Positions 1 through 8,851 of a stretch of DNA of 20,000 nt are shown piece after piece. A program made the translations under genes and the position numbers. A model generated the notes under the pieces. That model did not search any database, was not told where the DNA came from, and saw only the letters and a program-made list of their open reading frames with translations. The stretch comes from an uncultured virus (IMG/VR IMGVR_UViG_2905894795_000003) (taxonomy: Duplodnaviria; Heunggongvirae; Uroviricota; Caudoviricetes): the IMG/VR virus record IMGVR_UViG_2905894795_000003; one strand, 5' to 3'. Every line of letters starts with the position of its first letter. Within the stretch, counting starts at the first letter, position 1.

Positions 1-1252
1 CTCCGTTCAGGTCACCCTCTAACACATCAAACACATCACCACCGGCATCCGCTGCCGTCCACGGACGGACGCTGTCCACATAAAGCCCGCCCGCCTCAGC
101 GCTTAAGCCGATCACGACGCGACCGTCTCCCGCGTCAGCCACTACGCTCAGCGCCTCCCCGTGACGCAGTACGGCCAGCGGGCGCAGCAGCGCCGAGACC
201 AGGCGCGACCACAGCCCGCCGCCAGCAACGCGTATCGCATGCGTCCGGGCGGCATCAAGCGTGATAACAGAGGAAGGCAGCGCCCCCTTACCAAGGCGCG
301 ACACAGCCACAGGTGACAGTGCGCCCACACGGCGAAAGTCGCCCGCAGACTGCGGCGTCAGCGCATTTATCCAGGCCTCCGTGTCGCGATTCATGGCCGA
401 CACCAGCCGGTTATTGCCGGTAAGCGTCTCACGCACGGCCACGGCGGCCAGACCCGGCTCAGCCTTCGCGCCTTTCTCCAGCAGCGTCTGACCGAGACCG
501 GCCAGATAGCCGCGCCCCGGATTCAGATGAAAACCGGCGTCAGGGGTCAGCATTTGCCCCGTAACCGGATCGCGGTACGCCTGCACCGGGCGGGTCTCCC
601 CCTGCGTACCGTAAGGCTGCTGAATTGTCACCATGCGCCCGGCACTGCTTTCCAGCCCGACCGGGTGGCGGTCAAGCTGCGCCTGCGTCAGAGCGCGCAC
701 CCAGCAGCGGCACCGGTAGCCGTTCGGCGGGTAGATGGTTGCCCAGATGGGATCGTCTGCGGCAAAGACGCGACCATTGAGCATCGCATGCACAGGACGC
801 GTGCGGCTGTCCATGACCGCGTCATACTCCCAGTACGGACGCTGCGCGACGGTGCGCATCTGCTGCTGATAGCGCCCGGCAGCATAGGCGGATTGAATGT
901 TGGTGCGGAAAATGGTGTCGAGCCGGTACGGCATCAGCTTTTTACCCTGCAGCTCGCCGTGCTCATCGGCAACCAGTCCGCTGCCGAGCCAGCCCTTACG
1001 CCGCAGGGTGGGGATTAAATCATCCTGAAACTGGCTCAGCGTGCCGCCGTTCTGCAGCACGCCGGTCAGGCTCTGCTGAATATCGCTCAGCACGTCGAGC
1101 TTCGTGATGCCCGCCACGGTGAACTTCACCGCATGCGCCTCATCCTTCATGTCCGGCCAGACCAGCGTCGGCTGCAACCCCTTCGATTTAAAATAATCGA
1201 TGGCCTTTTCAGGCGGCAGGGTCATGGCGAAGCCTGCGCTGACGTCACCCAT
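1..1252 (-). CDS. Mu gpF (gp30)-like head morphogenesis protein, runs off the window at its 3' end
   Basis: Not in the ORF track; translated by hand from ATG at 1252, which overlaps the portal end: MGDVSAGFAMTLPPEKAIDYFKSKG...RLDTIFRTNIQSAYAAGRY...DSRTRPVH...PPNGYRCRC (MuF motifs). Confidence 0.92.
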   Translation of the reverse strand, partial: MGDVSAGFAMTLPPEKAIDYFKSKGLQPTLVWPDMKDEAHAVKFTVAGITKLDVLSDIQQSLTGVLQNGGTLSQFQDDLIPTLRRKGWLGSGLVADEHGELQGKKLMPYRLDTIFRTNIQSAYAAGRYQQQMRTVAQRPYWEYDAVMDSRTRPVHAMLNGRVFAADDPIWATIYPPNGYRCRCWVRALTQAQLDRHPVGLESSAGRMVTIQQPYGTQGETRPVQAYRDPVTGQMLTPDAGFHLNPGRGYLAGLGQTLLEKGAKAEPGLAAVAVRETLTGNNRLVSAMNRDTEAWINALTPQSAGDFRRVGALSPVAVSRLGKGALPSSVITLDAARTHAIRVAGGGLWSRLVSALLRPLAVLRHGEALSVVADAGDGRVVIGLSAEAGGLYVDSVRPWTAADAGGDVFDVLEGDLNG

Positions 1253-2810
1253 GCTGCTGCCCCAGCACATCAGCCACAAACACCGCCTGACCGACCAGGT
1301 CACGCAGCGCCGAATCATTCAGGGAGGGATAGCTGGCCGCCAGCAGCGCATAGACCTCATCGGGCGTTGACGCCGCCTTTATCCGGTCAATCAGGGGCTG
1401 CAGCATGGCCTCACTCGCGGCGGCTACCTGTGCGGCCAGCAGCTGCGGTGCAGCGTCAAGCTGCTGCTGCACCCCGTCAGTTGTGGTCTGCGGCACGGAC
1501 AGCGCCGCCATCTGATGCTGCACGGCGGCGGACAGGGCCGCATCCGCGGGTAACTGACGCGTAAGGGGTTTGAGTATGGTCTGCCCCTCCTGCGGCAGCG
1601 GGATGCCGCTTTTCTCCGACAGCCACTGCTCGGTGATGCTGAAGCCCGTGGCCTGCGCTTTGATGACCATATCCATCAGGGACAACAAATCCACGGACTC
1701 GCGGGTATCAAACTCGAAACGCGGTGCCCGGCCCGGATCATAACGGCCATTCAGGGTCAGAATGGGCCACAGCAGCTGATGCGTGAGCGTATCGGCCACG
1801 GCCAGCGCATCCCCGACCAGCAGATCGTGACGCACCTCGTTATGGATACTGCCGAGCGCATTTGTTGACGTTTTGCCATCCGCCTGACTGGTCAGCGTAC
1901 CGCCCAGAATGACCTTTGACTGCACCTTCTCGCACCAGTCCACCATGTCGAAGAAAGGAGCAGACTGTCCCGCCGCAGGTGAGACCAGCTCAATGGAGGC
2001 AGTATTAGGAATAATACCGCCGCCCTCGCGGGCCATCCTGCGGATACCCTGCAGCAGCCGCAGGCGCTCATTTTCTGACATGGTGGTGTCGTATTTACCG
2101 AGGCGGAACGGCAGGCCGTACAGGTTCAGGAACTGCGCCCAGTCACGGGCGGAGAGGTTTTTGAACAGGTAGGTCCAGACCAGCACGCGAAACAGCCCAC
2201 TCTGCGCGACCGGGCCTGACTTTGATTTATGCTTATGCACTATCCAGCCCAGCGACTCAAGCGCTTCACCATCAGATCCGCCCCGGTTCAGCCGCACATC
2301 GTTGAGATCGGCCTGCGGCATGGTAAACACTCTGGCGGGGCGCTTATGGAAAGCAACAGGCAGCCACACGTCACTTCTGACGGGCCACTCCAGCTCAATG
2401 CAGGCAAAGCCGTGACCGATGGCATCCAGCAGGTCCATCATCATCTCGCGCAGGCCGGGAAGATTGCGCAGCCACCAGTCCGCCTCTGCCGCCAGCTTCT
2501 TCTCGGCCTCGCTGGCATCAGGCGGCGGCGCAACCTTAAACGGCAGCGTCAGCAATGCCCGCTTGCGCTTGGACAGCTCTGCGAACAGGTGGCCGTCGCG
2601 CTCTTCCATGTCGCTGAACAGGTCACTCTGTGCCTCGATATCGCCCTGTTCGGCGGCGCTGAACAGGGCATAAACCCGATTTATATCCAGGCCGGAAGAC
2701 GGGTGCGCCGGGACACCCATATACAGATAATCATCGCCGTCACCCTGCATGGGGCGGGACTGCCCGCTGCTGAAAAGGCGTTTAACCGCACCTTTAATAT
2801 CCATTACCAT
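1245..2810 (-). CDS. Portal protein, Mu gp29/DUF935 family
   Basis: 521 aa; MEERDGHLFAELSKRKRA, YGLPFRLGKY and SKVILGGTLTS motifs; follows terL. Confidence 0.93.
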   Translation of the reverse strand: MVMDIKGAVKRLFSSGQSRPMQGDGDDYLYMGVPAHPSSGLDINRVYALFSAAEQGDIEAQSDLFSDMEERDGHLFAELSKRKRALLTLPFKVAPPPDASEAEKKLAAEADWWLRNLPGLREMMMDLLDAIGHGFACIELEWPVRSDVWLPVAFHKRPARVFTMPQADLNDVRLNRGGSDGEALESLGWIVHKHKSKSGPVAQSGLFRVLVWTYLFKNLSARDWAQFLNLYGLPFRLGKYDTTMSENERLRLLQGIRRMAREGGGIIPNTASIELVSPAAGQSAPFFDMVDWCEKVQSKVILGGTLTSQADGKTSTNALGSIHNEVRHDLLVGDALAVADTLTHQLLWPILTLNGRYDPGRAPRFEFDTRESVDLLSLMDMVIKAQATGFSITEQWLSEKSGIPLPQEGQTILKPLTRQLPADAALSAAVQHQMAALSVPQTTTDGVQQQLDAAPQLLAAQVAAASEAMLQPLIDRIKAASTPDEVYALLAASYPSLNDSALRDLVGQAVFVADVLGQQHG

Positions 2811-4471
2811 CCTCCGGAACCGAACCCACCGGATTCACCGTCGTCATAATCATCATCTATACCACCACCAGATGCCGCCCCGAGGGGAATAAACTCAAAG
2901 TTGCCCACGCTGGTTGACGCGATGGCCCACAGCATGTGCAGCGCATCCGGCCCGTCGTCATGATCGGCCATCGGAAAATGCATCAGCTGCTCACGCAGCG
3001 TGGTCAGCGCCCGGCCTATCAGGATGCGCTCGCTCTCCATAAACGGCTGCAGCGACTCAATGCGCCCTGCCTTGTCGGTGGTCGGGATCACCGCGCGGGT
3101 GGGAACCGGCACACCCGCCTTCAGGGATTCATCCATCAGGGTTTCGCGCAGAAAGTCCTGGAACTGCACCGACTCAAACGCCCACGCCACGCAGCCAAAT
3201 TCACGCTGTAGGGCGATAACGTCGGTAATGATTTTTTTCGGACGACGCACCCGGATGTCGGCCCGGACCACCTTCAGCACTCTTTTAATGCGGTGCCAGC
3301 CGCCGACCAGCAGCGCGCTGGGGTCGCCACCCCGCGTGTTGTGCTTACCCAGCGACGGGTCGCAGGCACCGAAATAAATCAGGTCGGGTTCTTCCTCATG
3401 CCACTCATGGATACAGCCATGAAATATCGCGTTTTCACCGCTGACCGGATCGTTCTGATACTCCGCATCAAAGGCGCGGGTGCCGACGCGCACGCGGATG
3501 AGCATCAGGGTCAGCAGTGGACGCGCTGACCACGAGACGCGCGACCCCTTCAGCATGGCTTTCTGGTTGCGCTTATAAAACGCATTCGCTGCCGCTTTGC
3601 CTTTCTCCCGCAGCACCGCCTCCCAGTCGTCCCACAGCTTGAGATTGGCAGGCCAGGCGAGGATCGCCTGGAAGCGTTTCGCGTTCCAGGAGGGATTTTT
3701 CATGGTCCGCGCCAGCACCGAGTCGTAATGCAGGATCGAACCAACGTAGATCACATCCAGCTTGACGCCGGGACCGCCGAGCGGCAGAACGGTGCTGTTC
3801 AGCCACTTCTCCAGCTTGTCGCGCTGCTTAGGCGTCACCACGTTTTCGTCGTTTTCGAGGTCATCCAGATGCACCAGATCGGGACGATAAGCACCATGCT
3901 TGCGCCCGCGCAGGCTCTGACCCTGACCCGCCGCCTCAATTTTGATACCGCTTGCCGTCAGGATGCAGCCAATGCGCCACACGCGGCCCTGACCGCACGC
4001 CTCCGGGTAATCCATCCACAGGGCGCGGTTGTAAAGCAGTTCCGCCTTAATCACCTCCAGCGACTCCGCCGCCTGCGTGGCGGTATCAAAGGCGATAATG
4101 ATGAATTTCTTCAGCTCCCGCACCACGCACCACAGGTCAAACAGCTGCTGGCTCAGCGTGGTTTTTGCCTCACCGCGCGGGGCGGCTATCACCTCGTTCT
4201 CACCCTCATCACTTGCGACCACCTGCGGCAGACGTTCAAACAGATACTCGTGCAGCAGGCTGGTTTCCGGGTGATGGAGGTGATGCTTAAAGTAGGTATT
4301 AACGAAGAAGCGAAACCCGGTCACCGGGTCGCTGACCTGTGACCGGCGAGCTTGTATCGCCTCCGGGCTACTGTCCAGACCACAGCTTGCGCTCTCAATG
4401 CGGTCGCGCAGCTCCCCCTGAATGCGGGCTATCTTCTCCCGAAAGGCTTTAAGCGATGATTTGGACGACAC
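2804..4471 (-). CDS. terL: Terminase large subunit (Mu gp28-like)
   Basis: Walker A APRGEAKTT, Walker B VHLDDLE, nuclease motifs ACDPS and HDDGPDAL. Confidence 0.95.
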   Translation of the reverse strand: MSSKSSLKAFREKIARIQGELRDRIESASCGLDSSPEAIQARRSQVSDPVTGFRFFVNTYFKHHLHHPETSLLHEYLFERLPQVVASDEGENEVIAAPRGEAKTTLSQQLFDLWCVVRELKKFIIIAFDTATQAAESLEVIKAELLYNRALWMDYPEACGQGRVWRIGCILTASGIKIEAAGQGQSLRGRKHGAYRPDLVHLDDLENDENVVTPKQRDKLEKWLNSTVLPLGGPGVKLDVIYVGSILHYDSVLARTMKNPSWNAKRFQAILAWPANLKLWDDWEAVLREKGKAAANAFYKRNQKAMLKGSRVSWSARPLLTLMLIRVRVGTRAFDAEYQNDPVSGENAIFHGCIHEWHEEEPDLIYFGACDPSLGKHNTRGGDPSALLVGGWHRIKRVLKVVRADIRVRRPKKIITDVIALQREFGCVAWAFESVQFQDFLRETLMDESLKAGVPVPTRAVIPTTDKAGRIESLQPFMESERILIGRALTTLREQLMHFPMADHDDGPDALHMLWAIASTSVGNFEFIPLGAASGGGIDDDYDDGESGGFGSGGW

Positions 4472-4481
4472 TTATCTGCCC

Positions 4482-4712
4482 TCAGTCCTGGCTGCGAGTA
4501 GACAGCGCAGCCTCAAGCTGCTTCAGCAACGCGGATTTTGCATCCCACACCGATTTGCCATAAAGACCGTCAGCCTGATGAATCTCGCCATCTTCAGTCT
4601 GCACCATCAGATAATCGCTCTGAACATACACACGAACGATGGTATCGGCTCGTACCGCATTGCGGTCGGTAAGTAAGATGAACTGGTTAACCGGCTTAAC
4701 AACGTCAGCCAT
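4482..4712 (-). CDS. Hypothetical 76-aa protein between terS and terL
   Basis: ATG at 4712 overlaps the terS end and the ORF fills the gap to terL. Confidence 0.7.
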   Translation of the reverse strand: MADVVKPVNQFILLTDRNAVRADTIVRVYVQSDYLMVQTEDGEIHQADGLYGKSVWDAKSALLKQLEAALSTRSQD

Positions 4713-5223
4713 ATTTTTTCTCCACGATTTGCTGAAACTCCGGCAGGACATCAAGAAAGCGCACCATCAGCGCCGGATGTCTGTCACTGAGAAAGGCCGC
4801 GAAATCCTCAACCACGCCAGCGGCCACCATCAGGCGGTCGGTCTGGGGCAGAATGCGACGGCTTGCGGCCATCATCTTGTTAAAGCCGTCCTGAAGCCCG
4901 ACCAGGCGCTTTGTATATTCATCAATAGGAAGCGCTGTACCGTCCGGGCTTCCGCGCATTTTGCGCAGCTCAGCGATGGCGAACTGGTTGTGCTCCAGGT
5001 ATTCCAGCATCAGCGCCGTGGCGATTTCCTCCGGCGCACCGGAACCGAGGCGACGCGCAGCACGCAACCTGTCCCAGTCGTCGCCGGTATCCCGTGCCTC
5101 TCTGCGCCAGCGGATCACGGTGGCCACGCCTACACCGTGCATCGGCCCCAGCACCTCCGGGGCCATGCCCTGTGTGATGTAGTCACGGCGGACCGCATCA
5201 CGCACTTCTTTGCCATGCGCCAT
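4705..5223 (-). CDS. DUF1804 / Mu gp27-like terminase small subunit
   Basis: N-terminal HTH-like MAHGKEVRDAVRRDY...ATVIRWRREA...GDDWDRLRAA; lies upstream of terL. Confidence 0.85.
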   Translation of the reverse strand: MAHGKEVRDAVRRDYITQGMAPEVLGPMHGVGVATVIRWRREARDTGDDWDRLRAARRLGSGAPEEIATALMLEYLEHNQFAIAELRKMRGSPDGTALPIDEYTKRLVGLQDGFNKMMAASRRILPQTDRLMVAAGVVEDFAAFLSDRHPALMVRFLDVLPEFQQIVEKKYG

Positions 5224-5486
5224 CAGTGACTACCCGACCCGCTGATCAGCCTGTCAATCCGCTCAGTCGTGCGCTCCATTGACGACTTGATCTCCGCCAG
5301 CATCGACATAATCTGCTCCTGATCGCGAACGGCGTCGGACTTGAGCTGATACAGCTCGCGCATGCGGATATTCTCTTTACGAAGCTCATCAATAGCGCCG
5401 TGCAGACTTTTAACCCAGTAGGTCAGGCCGCTGGCAACCAGGCCGAAAAAAAGCGTCTGTAGCGTGTCCAATGAAATTAACTCCAT
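5223..5486 (-). CDS. Membrane-anchored coiled-coil protein (Mu gp26-like position)
   Basis: One N-terminal hydrophobic segment plus a heptad-rich C-terminus; TGATG coupling to terS. Confidence 0.75.
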   Translation of the reverse strand: MELISLDTLQTLFFGLVASGLTYWVKSLHGAIDELRKENIRMRELYQLKSDAVRDQEQIMSMLAEIKSSMERTTERIDRLISGSGSH

Positions 5487-5487
5487 G

Positions 5488-5808
5488 TTATTTGCCCTCC
5501 GGCCAGAAAAACGCTTCCAGCGCTTTCAGCTTCGCCGCATTCGCCTGACACCAGGCACCATAGTCTGCTGCGTGACGTAACAGCGCTGCCGGAGGCAGGC
5601 CAGACGCCTTGCCCGCATACGCGGACGGGGCGGGCGGCATCGTGCCGACCGAGACCATCGCGCGCGGCGGCTTCATCGCCTGCTCAATGACCGGCGCGGG
5701 CGTCACCGTTACCGTATCCAAGGGCGTTTTCGTAGAGCTGCACCCCGTGAGGACCAAGCCCGTTAAAACCACAGCCGCCAGCCTTACCCGCTGTCGCATT
5801 GTCATCAC
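5488..5808 (-). CDS. Outer-membrane spanin (Rz1-like lipoprotein)
   Basis: Signal peptide with lipobox LTGC and a Pro-rich body; overlaps the i-spanin 3' end in another frame; true start may be 5799. Confidence 0.8.
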   Translation of the reverse strand: MMTMRQRVRLAAVVLTGLVLTGCSSTKTPLDTVTVTPAPVIEQAMKPPRAMVSVGTMPPAPSAYAGKASGLPPAALLRHAADYGAWCQANAAKLKALEAFFWPEGK

Positions 5809-6154
5809 TGATCGCCTTATCTATCTGCGTGCCGAGCAGCAGCCTGGCCTGCGCCAGCTCAGCCGTTTTATCCGCCAGCGTGGCCGCGAGCGCATCCGCC
5901 CGAGACTGCTGTGCCTGTTCACTCTGGCGCGCCTTAAGCAGCGCGGCGGTTGTCGCTTCACTGATACGCTGGCGCTCGTCAGAACGGGCTTTTTTCTCGC
6001 TGGCCAGCGCCACGTCACCGGCGCTTTTCGCCGCTGCGAAACCCGACTGATAACCGCTGTGACGCAGCCACCACACACTACCCGCAAGTACCGCGCACAG
6101 CAGTACACCCGGTAAAATCCGCGTTAAACACCACTTAATCAGCGCCGCGCTCAT
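5684..6154 (-). CDS. Inner-membrane spanin (Rz-like)
   Basis: Start MSAALIKW at 6154 after GAGG; N-terminal TM followed by an Ala/Gln-rich coiled coil. Confidence 0.82.
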   Translation of the reverse strand: MSAALIKWCLTRILPGVLLCAVLAGSVWWLRHSGYQSGFAAAKSAGDVALASEKKARSDERQRISEATTAALLKARQSEQAQQSRADALAATLADKTAELAQARLLLGTQIDKAISDDNATAGKAGGCGFNGLGPHGVQLYENALGYGNGDARAGH

Positions 6155-6431
6155 CCGGCTTACCTCTTGGCTTACCAGCTTCAGGTGGATCATCGTCCGC
6201 CTTGCTGTCGTGATATTTCTGGACCCCGGCATGCGCAACCCATGCACCGACGTAGACCGCCAGTGCGTCCACCGGCGCATGATTCCAGTACGCACACATC
6301 AGGACCACCGCCGAACTGACCAGCAGGGCCGTCAGCGTGGTGGCGTCCGTTGTTGAAAGCTGCCCCTGACGGTTGGAGACCAACTCCGGCAGGCGTTTAA
6401 GAAAGCCCATTGCAATGACCCCGCGCCACAT
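6135..6431 (-). CDS. Putative holin (DUF2644-like)
   Basis: GQLSTT motif, two hydrophobic segments and a charged C-tail, within the lysis cassette; start at 6431 or 6410. Confidence 0.65.
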   Translation of the reverse strand: MWRGVIAMGFLKRLPELVSNRQGQLSTTDATTLTALLVSSAVVLMCAYWNHAPVDALAVYVGAWVAHAGVQKYHDSKADDDPPEAGKPRGKPDERGAD

Positions 6432-6637
6432 CAGCGCCTCAGCCTGCGTTCCAGGCGGCAAAGCGCCTCTGGAATAAATGTCACGTACACAAGCAGGGTC
6501 GCCAATACCACTAATGAAACTGACCAGCTAAAACCGGCAGCAAAATGCCACATAAGCAAGGTAAAGGCCGAATAACCCACATTCAGAAACCACATATCAA
6601 GCCAGAGTTGCCAGCAGGCTTTCAGGTAGTCTTTCAT
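6431..6637 (-). CDS. Small two-TM membrane protein in the lysis cassette
   Basis: ATG overlaps the endolysin stop (ATGA); MKDYLKACW...RLERRLRR. Confidence 0.7.
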   Translation of the reverse strand: MKDYLKACWQLWLDMWFLNVGYSAFTLLMWHFAAGFSWSVSLVVLATLLVYVTFIPEALCRLERRLRR

Positions 6638-7023
6638 GCCGGATACGCTGCAAAAGGAAGCTGGAAATGCGCACCATCTTTGAGCGTGGTCCAGCTGCCG
6701 CCCCATTCAACAGGGATAGAGAGATCGGCAGACGCCTGTTTAAAGGCGATATTAATCTGTTCATAGAGGGACCATTCCCATGACACCTGACCGCCCACAT
6801 ACGCCACGACGTCTACTGCATGGCCGGTAAGATGACGGCTGTTCAGCGTCTGACTATGGCCACCGGCGACCATCTCTTTCTGGCGTTCGGCGGTGCGTAA
6901 GCCTTCGGTGATGCCGAAATCAACAGATGAAACCTCAAGCGCATGGCGAACCAGCTTCACCAGGTCAGGATGCACACCCTGCATATTGTTTTCGCTGCGC
7001 TGACTGAATTTGAAAGAAGACAT
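6634..7023 (-). CDS. Endolysin, peptidase M15 (L-Ala-D-Glu endopeptidase type)
   Basis: EGLRTAERQ, SRHLTGHAVD, WGGSW and DGAHFQL motifs. Confidence 0.93.
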   Translation of the reverse strand: MSSFKFSQRSENNMQGVHPDLVKLVRHALEVSSVDFGITEGLRTAERQKEMVAGGHSQTLNSRHLTGHAVDVVAYVGGQVSWEWSLYEQINIAFKQASADLSIPVEWGGSWTTLKDGAHFQLPFAAYPA

Positions 7024-7057
7024 AAAAAACCCTCACGTTGCTGTGAGGGTCATTGTG
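7024..7057 (-). promoter_or_regulatory. Terminator-like hairpin sequestering the endolysin RBS, overlapped by a probable late promoter -10 (CACAAT)
   Basis: - strand reads CACAAT-G-ACCCTCAC-AGCAAC-GTGAGGGT-TTTTT-ATG. Confidence 0.6.
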
Positions 7058-7105
7058 CGGGGATGATAAAGGAGGCCGTACTTACAGGGGTGGAGTGGCA
7101 GCACA

Positions 7106-7555
7106 TCAGAACAGGCGCTGCTGAACCTGCGGCTCGTCGGGCCTGTTGCGCTCTGCCAGCAGGTGCCACGCCCAGCTGTCGCCGAACCCGTAGCGCGGCG
7201 CGGTCAGCATCAGGGCAATACTCAGCGACTTACCCTCATTCACCAGCGCATCGACGTCGCTGTAAAAGCAGCGGTTGCGGTACTCACGCAGCGCCGTGGC
7301 ACAGCGGGGAATGACCAGCGTACTGTCGCCCCCGAAGTGCTGCATCATTTTCTGGGTATTTTCCTCCCCAATCGTTTCACGCAGCAGCGCCAGACGCGGC
7401 TCGCCGTGGCTCATGATGCCGCGCCCGACCGGGAAACGGGCACCGCCGAACCGCTCGACCAGCTTTTGCGTCGCCTCAAATCCGATCACGCTGGCCAGCT
7501 CGCGCGCGGTATCCGGCAGCAGGGATGCCATCGACTCCAGATCAAACCCGCTCAT
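7106..7555 (-). CDS. mor: Mor/C-family transcription activator
   Basis: LLPDTARELASVIGFEATQKLVERFGG...FGGDSTLVIPRC..ALREYRNR; located between gemA and the lysis genes. Confidence 0.88.
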   Translation of the reverse strand: MSGFDLESMASLLPDTARELASVIGFEATQKLVERFGGARFPVGRGIMSHGEPRLALLRETIGEENTQKMMQHFGGDSTLVIPRCATALREYRNRCFYSDVDALVNEGKSLSIALMLTAPRYGFGDSWAWHLLAERNRPDEPQVQQRLF

Positions 7556-7953
7556 TACAGCCTCCCGTGACGTTTCGCGTCAACAATCAGCATCTGCATC
7601 ACCTGGCGAACCTGATCGTCGTTCAGCCACTCAACCGGCTTTTTCTCACCCAGCATGCGCTCAACCACGCCATCCAGATAGCTCCACGGGCGACCGGCCT
7701 CGGCCAGCAGCGCCTCAATCTTTGACAGCATACCTTTACGCCCTGACGCCACACGCGGACGGCGGCCATGTGACGCAGACGGCGTAAAGCCCGCGCTGCG
7801 CATCCAGGCGACGACCTTTTCAAGTTCAGCCTCTGAGCACGCACTGGCCGAACGGTGCCCGGTCAGTCGCGCCAGCACGTCGCGATAGGTTTCATCGTCC
7901 CAGCCGAGCCGCGACTTGCCGGTATGGACGATGCGAATAAGGTTACGCTTCAT
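7555..7953 (-). CDS. gemA: GemA / Mu gp16 (DUF1018) family protein
   Basis: Start MKRNLIRIVHTGKSRLGWDDETYRDVL after GAGG; KIEALLAE..RPWSY motif. Confidence 0.9.
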   Translation of the reverse strand: MKRNLIRIVHTGKSRLGWDDETYRDVLARLTGHRSASACSEAELEKVVAWMRSAGFTPSASHGRRPRVASGRKGMLSKIEALLAEAGRPWSYLDGVVERMLGEKKPVEWLNDDQVRQVMQMLIVDAKRHGRL

Positions 7954-7998
7954 AGGGAGCACCTCAAACGAAGGAGAAAAACAGGAAGCCCGTAAACG

Positions 7999-8025
7999 AA
8001 AAAAGCCCCTCAATGAGGGGCTTTT
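7999..8025 (-). terminator. Intrinsic terminator, probably bidirectional
   Basis: AAAAGCCCCTC-AAT-GAGGGGCTTTT inverted repeat with a T6 tail on the - strand. Confidence 0.8.
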
Positions 8026-8068
8026 AAGGGCTGATTCAAATTGTCACACCAGTACTGCAGTGGGTGAC

Positions 8069-8097
8069 ATTGGATCACGGTCGAAATTGATTGTCAA
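8069..8097 (-). promoter_or_regulatory. Possible sigma70 promoter
   Basis: TTGACA (8097-8092), 17-bp spacer ending in TGA, then TCCAAT (weak -10 with extended TG). Confidence 0.45.
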
Positions 8098-8135
8098 CAA
8101 TATTACGTAACACCTGAAATATTTGGTGTACAACC

Positions 8136-8543
8136 CTACTTACAAGGATACATTCTCCTTAGAGTATTTGAGTAAACTGCAGCCACATCCAGTTTCATGT
8201 CTGGGTTTTCGCCAGCAAGATACAGCTCAATAAATTGGTTAACCAATTTATCGTTCATTAATAATGTGTCGGGTACACAAGCGTAGGGTTTAAAGCTCTT
8301 ATCCTCCCTGTGGATTACTACATCACTCATCCTCGAATAGCCTTCACCTTCTGCAACACCCTCCAAATAGAAAACTAAAGCCACTTTAGCTGACTGATTA
8401 TCTTTATTATTAATATCATAGGCCTTGCTCCTTATATCTACATATTTTTCCAATGTCATTGCAGAGACCGCATGGAGACTTAGACTCATTAAAGCCAAAC
8501 TAATAAAGACACTTCTAAAAACTGTTTTTCTCATAAGCTTCAT
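8136..8543 (-). CDS. Secreted moron protein, Rap1a/Tai-like
   Basis: Sec signal peptide; Y..GVAEG...C.P...YL...P...A....L...YPC pattern; visibly AT-richer than its neighbours. Confidence 0.65.
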   Translation of the reverse strand: MKLMRKTVFRSVFISLALMSLSLHAVSAMTLEKYVDIRSKAYDINNKDNQSAKVALVFYLEGVAEGEGYSRMSDVVIHREDKSFKPYACVPDTLLMNDKLVNQFIELYLAGENPDMKLDVAAVYSNTLRRMYPCK

Positions 8544-8566
8544 CTCGAAAATTCACTTTTAATACC

Positions 8567-8851
8567 TCATACAGGTATCTCTAGGCTGTCATCATGTTTT
8601 AATAATCTGCCATCTACTGGCAACCACCGCACAACGTACTGCGAAATATCCCGCCCGGTATTGCGACAAATCATGCCAGCGTAATCAACATCCAGATAAG
8701 CCCAGACGAGCTTTGGATAACCCTGTTTCTGCAATTCTTCGCTTACCTCGCACACCGCGCAGATTGCCTTACCTGCGCCGGTTTCATAGGCCGCACTCAG
8801 CACGTCAGTGGGGATATCACCATTCCCCTCAACCCATTTATAACTTTTCAC
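8567..8851 (-). CDS. Hypothetical phage protein
   Basis: GTG start overlapping the upstream stop; 94 aa. Confidence 0.75.
   Translation of the reverse strand: MKSYKWVEGNGDIPTDVLSAAYETGAGKAICAVCEVSEELQKQGYPKLVWAYLDVDYAGMICRNTGRDISQYVVRWLPVDGRLLKHDDSLEIPV

Noticed and set aside
8033..8067. - strand GTCACCCA...GTGACAATTTGAATC as a solitary CRISPR repeat (RNA anti-CRISPR)
   Set aside because: Only a vague end similarity to ATTGAAAC-type repeats, no match to enterobacterial I-E/I-F repeats, and its 5' end lies upstream of the predicted +1
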